From Azolla caroliniana (lineage: Eukaryota; Plantae; Polypodiophyta): DNA of 64,000 nt. Position numbers and translations under genes: made by a program. Below the pieces are notes generated by a model that saw only the letters and a program-made list of their open reading frames with translations, was not told the origin of the DNA and made no database searches. The stretch covers positions 7,502,001-7,566,000 of the forward strand of contig JBHGNT010000001.1 in the NCBI GenBank assembly GCA_043228905.1, given 5' to 3'. Shown piece by piece: positions 1-15,104 of this stretch (position 1 is its first letter; each line of letters opens with the position of its first letter).

Positions 1-1228
1 TACATGTTCTCTCATTTGGTGAGGTGCATCAAAATATTGTTGCAATATAATAGATGCACATAGTTATATACAATCAATGTTGATGTGTACATGTATTAAT
101 AATTACAGCACTATGACATGGAATTTGTATCATTAAGTATATTATGAACACACTTCGTTTATAATATAGACATGGGCTTAACCTTCTTCAAATTGTTGTT
201 TAAACCTCCAATTTTGAGTCAAACGATTCTATTATTCTACAATGGTTCAATTAGGTTTGACTCCCACCATATAGACCATAACAACCCTCATTTTTGGATA
301 TCATGTATACCAACAAATGGGTGTTTTCAATATCTTGTAATGATAGACCTGATGGCCCGAACTCTTATTGTACCAACCTCTTGTAATTTTACAACAAGAA
401 AGAAAGATTTATTAATGCCTTTTAAGAGGCCATAATGGCCTATAAGATTAAAGAAGGGATCATTCCTTAAAGTGTTGTCTCGTCTCTAAGAACAACAAAC
501 CAAAGTAAATGTAAATGAATATAAAAGTGGTAAAAAATCGCATGTTGTCAAGTTAAATTATACTTTTTTTCTTTGAAAGATCTCTAACAAGAGTGGATCC
601 ATAATGGAGAGACCTTTGAAGCAAGGAAGCCCTAGCAATAGTACTATATCTCCCATACAAGCAAAACTTACAATACCATTGTATATGTGCAAACCTCAAG
701 TAGGTAGGTGGAAGCAACAATTTGCAATATAACTCTCTAAGATATCCTCTTTTGATTCATATCCACATATAACAAGCATTGAAATCCTTATACATAACAT
801 GTACTCTATTATGGAGCTCTTGCTAATAATGTCATATCCCCATACTAAGAAAACTTACAATATCATCATGTAATGGTAGATATAGTGATTTCTCTAATAG
901 GTGTAAACCTAGAGTAGGTAGGTGGAAAGTAGCGATTGCAGTTATATGGCTCTCTAAGATACTCCACATCTACATCATTATGCACAACACACACCCTATC
1001 ATGGAGCTCCTCTTTGTATGATACCACCATTCGAGCCTCTAGTGCTTCTTAGTATCCTAGGCAAAGAATGGCATTGAGTCCATCTATATCCTTGTACATC
1101 AGGGAGCTTACTATCGATGCATTGTTAAGCATTTATGTACATAGGAATGCCTATGTTCTTGAAGGCATCTTCAATATAATTAGTGTGTAACATGTATCCT
1201 TGTAGAGCAATTGTGATTCCACAAAGTC

Positions 1229-1622
1229 ATGTGCAAGGTCTCATAGTTCATACATGATCATGCAACTCTCTTCTTTGTATAATGACCTTGTCATCCCCAT
1301 TGAAAACCCATGTTCCTTCCTTTCTTGTCTTGAGCACTTCTGGCATATTTTCTTGGTGACATGCCTAAGGTCTCATAGACCATACATGATCATGCAACTC
1401 TCTTCTTTGTAATAATGACCTTGTCATCCCCATTGAAAACCCATGTTCCTTCCTTTTTTTGTATTGAGCACTTGTGACATATTTTCTTGGTGACATGCGT
1501 AAGGTCTCATAGACCATACATGATCATGCAACTCTCTTCTTTGTAATAATGACTTTGTCATCCCAATTAAAAACCCATATTCCTTTCCTGTCTTGAGCAC
1601 TTGTGGCATATTTTCTTGGTGA
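1229..1622. repeat. Tandem repeat, 3 copies of a ~132-134 bp unit
   Basis: The unit AAGGTCTCATAG..CATACATGATCATGCAACTCTCTTCTTTGT..GAGCACTT..CATATTTTCTTGGTGA recurs at ~1236, ~1367 and ~1501. Confidence 0.9.
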
Positions 1623-2984
1623 TGTGATACTTGAGCCATAGTGAGCTTGTTATCTAAATATATTTTTCACCCTCAAGTGCCTTTCCCTTGTATAGGAAAT
1701 ATTTTTTCTCTTCCGTGTCCATTCTATGAATGATCATAGATTTAGGCCTATACTCTCATCTCTTTTCTCATTTGATGCTGAACCAATTGGAATATCTTAT
1801 GTCACGATTTTTGTTTTGATATTCCCGATATCTTCTTGCAAGTTTCCTTTTTTAGCCCAACCAACAACTTGGACATGTAATGCACATGCTTTGCTCTAGC
1901 TTCTTCTTCTAATGTGGCACTAATCCAATCCTCATTATCTATCCTTGTTCCTCTTTTCCTTTTCACTATCTCTATCTAGTGAGCGTGTGCATTAATCTCT
2001 TTTAAACCATGTTTGGATTGAGCTTTGCATCGTTGACTATCTCTACCCATGCTTACATTTCTTTATTTAGACTGTCTTTAACTATGAAGACACATTTTCT
2101 TACTACATTTTGTCCTTTTTGTAAATTGACTTTAATGGCCACTAGCTTGACATTATTAGGGAATGTTTCATCCTTCGGGTACTTTGTCATATCATTTGTG
2201 AGTTCAAAGTTGGGCTTCCTTAGGAAACCTGCCTTGTCTTTTGTAAGGCTTCTAATAATTTAGAATCTTAGATATTCGAAGAGGCATGTGACTACTTTTT
2301 TTTTTTGGTTCTTTAATCTCCTTTTGCATTTCTTCTTTCAAGGCGATTTCTATATAATCTCTCACACAATTGATCTCTTTTGTATGTTATCAAATGGCAT
2401 AAGAAGATATAACCTTTCCCCCCTTGGACATTTAACAAAACATGTAATTTGTCAAGTGCCTTGCACACCCACCCATTCATGCACTACCTCAAGTGCTCCC
2501 CTCTTGTCTTTTTTTTTTTTTTGCAATATCTTCTTGGGGTTCTCCATCGGCTGACTTATATTCGTGTGTGGTGAGAGTCAATCGAGAGTCCATGGTGTTC
2601 TGTTTATTAGGACAATGGATACAAGGATGATGTGGGGCAATTATGTAAGGGAGTTAGGGTAAGTAAACCTTGTAGGAAAACACATAGAATTAGAATTAGT
2701 ATCGTCCATAAAAAGAAGCAGTTTTGACCAATGGACATTTCAAGAATCGAACTTGAGATCTCTTTTGCACCTAAAGCGAGAATCATACCACTAAATGCAA
2801 AAACCGACTAAAATAGGATACAGAGATTAGGTAACATCGGGCACAAATGAGGGCCTTCAAAGCCTTTTCGTCTCGCTCTTCTCATGCTTGCCTTTTCTCG
2901 TGGTGGCTTTACGTGTTAAAAGCGATAAACCAAAGCTTTTACTAACATTCGTGTGCAAAATCTACGCACAAACTATGCGGATGT

Positions 2985-3048
2985 CTCTTGGGGGGATTTG
3001 AACACAGGACCTCATGACTCATGAAAACCTCTCTATAATTATATTTAG
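2985..3048 (-). other. Degenerate tRNA-like (SINE head-like) fragment
   Basis: The minus strand reads ..TCATGAGTCATGAGGTCCTGTGTTCAAATCCCCCCAAGAGA, which resembles a tRNA variable loop plus T-arm/B-box. No D-arm or acceptor stem is visible. Confidence 0.3.
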
Positions 3049-3171
3049 TACACACTCCAAAAAACTAATTGAGAGAGACTAATCTGAGACTAGTCTCTCT
3101 CTCTTCTCTCTCTTCTCTCTCTCTCTCAGAGTATGTATTACTATTATAATACGTATGTTAAATAAAATTAG

Positions 3172-7173
<4,002 letters not shown>

Positions 7174-8167
7174 TATATAGTTATCAAGGAACATGTACCT
7201 AAATGTGATTATTTGTAAAGGTATAGATGTGGCAATATACAGTATTCTGTGTATTTATATGCTTTTAGTTGCTAGAAGATATGGAAAAAAGATGGAAAGC
7301 TTAGAAGCCTCCTGTATAACCATACTAACAAAAATTTGTTACCATTCAATAATGCCGTCAACCCTTGTGTTGTGATGTACATTCTATATCAGAAGCAATA
7401 AAGGAATCACCAATTTGTGTATCGTGTAATGATATGATTCTGAACTTTAATAAATGTAGTTCTCTTTTCAGTATCATTGATTTTATGCAGAATCAAAATT
7501 GCGTATGTGGTTCTATTTCTATTGTTGCATTTGCTAAGGAATGTGATCAATATGCTGCATAGTATTTAATATGCATTGATCTAAAAAGCGCTGAAAGCAG
7601 AATGACATTGGCTATTGAGAAATAATAAAATGATCTAAAAACAGATGAAATAAAAAAGACAAAAGCTGAACATGCGAGAATATAATGCTGTGTGGCTTAA
7701 GCGGAAAGGCCACAGGAAAAACAAACCAAAATAAGTGACGTGGTAGCACGAGCTGAAGAGACGCCAATGAATGAGTTGTGACATTGGCATGGTCAGGATT
7801 TGAGTTATTCATGAAAGGTAAGAGCAGGGAGTGGAAGTTAATGATGAAGCCATGCAGAGAGTGTGCCATTTCTTCTTATTTTAGGAACATGAAGAAAGAA
7901 TATGGGTATGACGAGGATTATTTGCAGAGGGCATCATCTTAGCGCAATTTTGAGTTTCGAGTGAAAGCCGATGATGATGAAGCGAGATGTGTGCATAAAA
8001 ATATATGCTATTTCTTTCTTTCGGAGCGTGAAATTAATATGGGTGGGGCAGAGGAGGATTTAAAACAGATATTTTCTTTTGTAAAAAACTAGGAAAAGCA
8101 GATCCTGTCCGCCAGGCAGTGGTCCATGTAGTAATGATTCCATGTCCGGCAAGGTCAGATTTCAGAC

Positions 8168-8170
<3 letters not shown>

Positions 8171-8217
<47 letters not shown>

Positions 8218-8312
8218 AGACTGGCTGTGGACGGACATAACATATATTATTAAACCGGCTGTGGACGGACATAACATATATTATTAGACCGGCCGAGGAC
8301 GGACATAACATA
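8171..8312. repeat. (TA)n microsatellite followed by 3 tandem copies of a ~34 bp unit
   Basis: (TA)~21, then TTATTARACYGGCYGWGGACGGACATAACATATA three times. Confidence 0.9.
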
Positions 8313-8668
8313 TACATATGTATGTTATCCTCCTCATTCCATAGATCCAGAAACCCTTGGAATCTAAAGACTTCATATGGGTTTTGGTTGGGCCCCAAGA
8401 AAACAGAGCTCTCTGTGCACTGTGCCATGTCTAATGGGGCAGGGCGTGAATTGGGCGGGGCTGGCGAAAGAAGAAAAGGTCCCCTGAGGAATCAAGAGGG
8501 AACCCCACGTCGACCCTGCCAGGCCCACATCAGAACATTCGCAAGATCCCTGTGGAAACTGATCAGATAAAAGATACGTGGAGGTAGAATCAGTGGGCGA
8601 AGAGACGTGGACTGCGCCGCTTTCATCGAACAAAAGGATAGCCTGAGAGACGGAGATTGCGTCTCCAA

Positions 8669-11603
8669 ATGGATCTTTTCATGATGGCTCGAGTACAGAT
8701 CCCTAATTCTAACCCTAATTTAAACCCTAACCCTATTCTACTCTCCTCTTCTCACAACGAATATCTCCCACGACCCTTTCGGCCATACCAAGCTGGACAA
8801 TCTCGACGCCATTTGAAACAGAGGGTTTTCAGATGCTTGTGTTGTGATGCGAGCGCCGAACATTTTGGACGCACACATGCTTCCTTTTCAGGACACAGTT
8901 CCTTTCTTCACGACCTTATGGATAAAGCTGGCATAGACACCAATCATGCAAAGGTTAATACGGCTTCCTTTCATTGCGTTTATGCTGGTCTGGCTCTTTA
9001 GGCTTTGGAATCAAACATCCTCATTAGGGGTTTTTGGTTCGACATAGTAGATGAAATCATCATTGAAGGGTTTTTTTATTTGGAAGGTTAGGGATCATCT
9101 TCATCATCATGCATTCTCATCATTGTCACTGTAACCATGATGCATCGTTATACTCATTCACCCTCATAGTCATAACCATCAAAGTTCAACACCATCATCA
9201 TCATCATCATTATCATGCACCACCACCATCTTCATAATTGGTAGTATCACCATTACTGTTCCATTAACATCATTATCAAGGATATCCTCATGATAGTAGG
9301 GTTTCGATTGACAGGTGGCCCGGGAGAACTTCTTTAAAGAGGTGCATAAGCTTGAGAGTCAAGGAACCAATTCTTCCACTTGCTCTTTGGATCTTGCAAG
9401 AGCTGCTTTAGAGGTTTCTGCAGAAGATGATGCTCTTGTTTCTCACTCTCCAGTGCCACTTCCCGTGGATTCTTACTTGGAAAGGCTCACTGGTATGGCA
9501 ATGGAGTTTGCTGGACATCACATCTCACCTCAGGATCAGACACCTGATGTCATTCTCCGTTGCTTGGATGACTACCTATATGGCTACAAGGTAAATGAAT
9601 TTGTTTGGAAGTAATGTGTCTTGAAACTTGTACACTATCAATTTTTTCTGGAATCTCTTGAATAAGAAGACTTGGAAAGAAATGGCATTTATGGCTTATG
9701 GGCTATGTTTTATAATGATGGTGAGCAAAGGTGCCTTGTACTGTATGGCATTAGGGATCAATCCCAATAGCCCACATAAAAATATCTAGTTAGCAATATT
9801 ATTATTGGTATGTATCTTGGATCTTGTAAGACGGCTACAACATAGAATCCTTACTTTCATGTCATTTTGTGGATACATGATTTAAGTATCGTGAACTATA
9901 AATTCTTATAAATGTTGGTGTTATGGGTTATGGTCATTGTTTTTGTCTTATGGAATCTTATATTCACATTATGCAATGTGTTTTGTTGTTTTTAATAATT
10001 CATTATGATGTGTTTTTAATGTCATTATTTTCACAGAATTTCCAAAGACGATCTTCCAGTTACACCGGAGATGCAAGGGACTGCTATCTTAACATGGTAA
10101 AGATTATTTTAATGATTATATTTCAGTAGCTCAAGTCATTTCTATGTGGTTATTGTGAGGGTATAGCAAACATTATAGAAATGATTGCTAGGTCTTAACA
10201 CGAAGAATCGGGAATCCACTGATGCTGGGCCTGATCTACAGTGAGATTATAAATATACTTCATTCTTGGAAGGTGATAGATTTTACTGTTAATATGGAGC
10301 TCTCTGAAGATGATAGCTCTCTCCCTAAGCCTATAGTTAGAAGGGAAGATGATGCCAGTAATGCACCTAATATACTTACCTATGATAGGTTGCTTGTTGG
10401 GGTAAGTATTGCAGCGTATTTTTTTTCCCCAAAATATCATTCTCTACCAACTATTCATATCAAATAAGAACAATGATATTGGTTGGACACTCATAGATTT
10501 TGACCAAACTAAAGCAAATATACTGGCCTTGGAAACTTCTCAATGGAAGCACAGAGGGAAGTGAATTTCTGAAGGCAGCAGATGCGGCTTGTCAAGGGAA
10601 ACATATGAGTGCAGGAACACCTATGCAAAGCCTTTTTCCAGCACCTAACAATATAATGTATGAAATGTGGCATATTTTAAACTTTAAATGTGATGTATAT
10701 ATCTAAATCGTATATATGCATGTATGTGTATATCATATATACATATATGCTTGTAGAGTTTGTATAGAGATATCTATTGTGTATTTATGTATATTGTGTG
10801 TGTCGATGCAGGTGTAATATATGTATGTGTATGCATACATTCTGTATACATGCGTATTGATGTGTTTGTGTTGATGCTTATGACTATGTGTGTTTGTATT
10901 TGTGTATGTGTAGTTGTATCTATATCTATACACAAACACACACATTTACATATGCTGTATATGATATGTATGTCAGATGTATAACTTTGATTGACTTAAA
11001 TACAGGGGATCACAAATTGCTTCTGCAAGAGCTGCCAATCATCGCTTGCAACGGGGCATATGGACAAGCCCAAGCTTTGGGGATATGCGATGTGCTCTCT
11101 CTGGTATTACTACTGACTAAAATGTTACTAGGCATATGATTGAAATTCATAGAAGTCCATATGGTCCTCTGACACAAATTCCAAATTTAGGCATTTATAT
11201 GAGGTTTCCAATTTCACAGCATCAGAAAGGCTTGTTATCTTAGGTAAAGATTTGAAGGAATTGCGTGACTATGGCATCCTTCTATACCACTGTGGACTTT
11301 ATGAGCCGTCTTTTACATACTTGTGTTCATACAAGGTATGTGTATAGTTGCAGTTATTATTCTGAAACGGCTAAAATAACTTATGAAACCATTGTATTAG
11401 ACACAGGATTTTTCTCATTACAGGAAAATCAGAAACTCATGCAAGATGGAGATGAATTTGTGCAAGGCACGTCTGGTGAGGCGGAAGCGAGTGCTTTGGA
11501 AAATGTTATGTTCCGATTGAGGCTCATTTTGGCCGAAGAAGAAAGTCAAGACTATCCTGCTGCAGAGAGTTCTTTTGAAACTCCATTCAATGACCCATGG
11601 TGA
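8669..11603 (+). CDS. SirB1/transglutaminase-like core plus TPR-like protein (At4g19160-like), probable organellar transit peptide; 8 exons
   Basis: Exons ~8669-8953, 9315-9590, 10037-10096, 10192-10401, 10497-10657, 11006-11103, 11220-11335 and 11424-11603. The spliced peptide includes DLARAALEVSAEDDALVSHSPVPLPVD, YLNMVLTRRIGNPLML, ARAANHRLQRGIWTS..GDMRCALSASERLVIL..ELRDYGILLYHCG. The N-terminus is S/R/P/N-rich. Confidence 0.85.
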
Positions 11604-12690
11604 TTGTAAATCATGTTTATAGCTGTATGTAATTGGTTGTATATATGTGTAAGTATATATGTATTGAGAGAGAGGGAAAGAAAATACTATCGTAGGAAAA
11701 GGTCAATATGGTCTGTTAGGCCCAGCAATGTAATGTATTATATTATTTGCAAAGGTAAAAAAAAAAGATTATTGATTACAACCTCTGATTTGCTGAAGAG
11801 TTCTGTGAAGGGTGGGTGCTTGAGTTCTGATGATAGCACTCTGTTTGATTTCTTTATTTCTTGTTTCTCATTGAGCCACTTCCTCTTTCTTTGTGTTGCA
11901 CATAATTTCTAATCAATCCATGACTTTTGTCTATGGTAGAGCCAATGAGTATTAACAATAATAAACCAAATTCGATGACGTATCACAAACCAAACAAGAC
12001 GTATACCACAGCTGTGCAGACCAAAAACTGCAGGCAATTGATCAGGCCAGAACTAATTCATTTCTCCTGCAATGCATCAAGTCATTCAACTGGTAGAGCG
12101 ATGAGTAACTCGCTGTAAACTATCATCTTCATTCTATCAGGAAGGCCCTATGATAATAGACCACTTTACTAGGACTAGGTTGAAGCCTTTTTTACTATCT
12201 TTTTCTATCCCAAAAAGAAGTGCCTTTCTCTCTCAAACTCTTTTTATCTCTCTCTCTCTCTCTCTCGCCAGCCATTGTATTACACATAAAAACTCTTAAA
12301 TACCCTTCACAATATTTCTTTATTTTCCCAAAATGCAAGCCTATTTATCTTCTCTCGCACTATTTTTCTTGATTTGGCTTTCATCCTTATCATCATTCTC
12401 CTCTTTGTGCTCATCCCCAATGCACCTTGTGAAGTTCATACTAAACCAAGTTATGTCTTGGCTCTACTCCACTTTAGCAACAACTTACGTCTTCGAGAGT
12501 TTGGTGACTTTGTAGGATGAACATGAGTCTCTGTAGAGTGACTCACGGAAATGCTGAAGACAACAAAAACTGTTGAGTACTAGATCTTGGAGATTATTGC
12601 CTGACATGTTTGATCCACAGAGAGCACCTTGTGTAGTTCATCATACCTTCATTGCATGACTTGATGGTTTTAAAGCATCTCTAGAATCAT

Positions 12691-13066
12691 TAACAATTGG
12701 CAATGGTTTGGTTCAGTTTGAGAGGGTAAAAAACGAACTGTTTAAAATTTTTGAAACTTGAACCCCGAAACTGTTAAATTTTTTCAAACCGTTAAAACCG
12801 TGGTTAGGTTTCGGTTTTCAAGTTATGTCAAAATTCAAATTTTAAATTTTAAATTTTTTTAAATTAAAATATTTCATTATTTTAGACAATGTGGGAATAA
12901 GGCCTGAAAATGAAAAGATTGTTTAAAAACAATTAAATAAAATTTTTTAAGTAAAAAACCATTAAACCGTTTAAACAACTGTTTCTAACTGTTAAAACCG
13001 AACTATTTAAAAACACCTCAACCGAACCCAACCGTTAAGCTGTGGTTTTGCGTTGCCGACTTGTTA
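12691..13066. mobile_element. Non-autonomous hAT-type element (MITE), ~376 bp
   Basis: 8-bp TSD AGAATCAT at 12683-12690 and 13067-13074. Imperfect TIRs TAACAATTGGCAATG / CGTTGCCGACTTGTTA. AT-rich interior with many subterminal AACCG/AACTG motifs. Confidence 0.85.
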
Positions 13067-13919
13067 AGAATCATTCTGCACTTGCATCAAGATTATAAAC
13101 ATGGGTCTGTAGCGAGCTTAAAATTGCTGCTTTTTTTCAATATAGAAAAACATGAATATTTTTCGTGCAAACTCATAACTATATTTGTTGCATGTTAGGA
13201 ATACTATAATGCAACTATAACTGATTTACTCTTCAGCCCAAACAAGGGTCCCTTTAGTTATATCAGTCCAAATAAAGTCCTCTTCAGTCTTATCAGCCCA
13301 AAAGAGCTACCAATATACAGCTTTGTATGTATCAAGGGAGCAATAAACAATGAAGTCTTGATGATGCACATACTGACTGCATCTTCAAAGAAGAGGAAGA
13401 GAATAGAACTAGTGAAGCAATAATGTTATACCCTCTATGAGGTTCGTGTATGGTTCCCAGAGTATAAGTCTTCCATAGGATTACTAAAACTCAGCTTATC
13501 CATACCTTTTTGTTAACTTGAAGTTCTGCAGAGAGAGATAAGAGATTTAGTTGGAACCCATCAAGAAGCTTAGATTTCCCTCCCTCCCTCTCTCTCTCTC
13601 TCTCTGTCTCTCTGGAAACCTATAATCATGGTCCTTACACATGCATTTAGCTACCCTCTGTTGAGCAGCAAGAATGATTTGAGGAAAGATCACAGATTCA
13701 TGACGCTAATATATTGCTGAACACTATCTCTCACACTACTTGGAAGAACAACCGCAATTACCCTCCATGGTGAGGAACTCTCTGGGAGAATGAACCACCA
13801 CCAAGATGTATCATGGCAATTGTGGATTATGACTGAACCAAAAGGCTTCTAAAGCTTCTTGAAAGCACACAAGGGGTAGGTTAGCCATAAAAAAAAAAGG
13901 TTCCACATAGATGCATTCC

Positions 13920-14240
13920 TTAGCCGTTTATGGGCTGGAAATATGTGGTGCGTGGGAACCTATTGCAATGTTTAAAAAGAGAGATTATTAGCCGGGAATG
14001 ACATATACATAACTGCACTATATTGAGTCCTGTGAAAGCTGCCAGATGCATTCTAATGTGCATCACAGGGACTGGGTACATCAAATATACCCCCCTCTTG
14101 GCAATGTAGTACAGCACAATGGTTGACGTAATAACTAAGGAAATGGAATTGTGGCAAAGGTGTTGGCAAGGGAGGATCTCTCTACCAAGTTGAGAGTAGA
14201 ACTCCAAGAAGTAAGACATTATTAATTTGCAATTTTAATA
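13920..14240 (+). mobile_element. Degenerate Ty3/gypsy integrase fragment
   Basis: Plus-strand translation with stops and frameshifts: WAG..GT..Y*PGM..YIESCESCQMHSNVHHRD..YP..MVDV..LWQ..VLAREDLS(N)QVESRT. This matches the CxxC half of the integrase zinc finger and the start of the catalytic core. Confidence 0.7.
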
Positions 14241-15104
14241 AATTAGTGTATGTATGTATCTCTCTCAATGTGGTCATTTATTTCAAATAAAAACTCTCGT
14301 AGATTGCTAGCCCATATTTCTTTCTTTCACTCTCTTTCAAGTTGCAAATCCCATGCTGCCTTCAATTTCTCTCTCCCATCTCATCTGCTTTTTTGTTTTA
14401 AGGCTTTAAGCAATGAAGAAAACCGTCAAGCCAATTATCTGACGAGTTAGGCTGATGAGCGATGTACATAAACGTGTATAGATGGAGTTGAGAATATGGG
14501 GGATAGCATGCTTACTTAGAGAGAAAAAGTATTATGTTATCGTAACCAATGTTTTAAGTAGATTGCGACACCAACATATAAACTTGTTCAGGGGGGAAAT
14601 GAACTATTTGTTCTTGTCCCTGATCATTCTCCTGGTCTGAATGCCTTATAGCCACATTATCCCATGCCATACAAATTACTTCTCCTATTAGTCCTCTCTA
14701 CATGTACAATAATGATCTAATGATTCGGTGATTACATGCCATACACTTATCACTCACATTGACTTAAGAATACAACATTACCAAATGTTTCCAACCAATG
14801 CAATTTACAGTCATTTATTAAGAATCCATAAATGTTCACTATATCATTACTCACCTGACTGCCAGCCAATCAACGCAATATGTCCATTTCTATGGTTGCA
14901 ATAATTGCAAAGTAACAAAATCTTCAATTCAAACTCAGATCTCTTTTACAAAAAAGGTGTATAAATTTTTATCATTTCATAAGCTCGTCTTCAGAATGAG
15001 TTACATCCTCAGAAAGGCCTCAATTTGCAAAAGCTGTTTTATACAAGAGCAAAAGAATATGAGACAAAAAGATTTCCTGTGTTTCCTCAAGCAAAATCAA
15101 GGTT

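Noticed and set aside
8212-8312. CRISPR-like 34-bp repeats
   Set aside because: No spacers; a simple tandem repeat in eukaryotic DNA.
10733-10984. C/V/Y/M-rich ORFs here and at 22500, 49715, 53778 and 60061
   Set aside because: They are translations of RY microsatellites.
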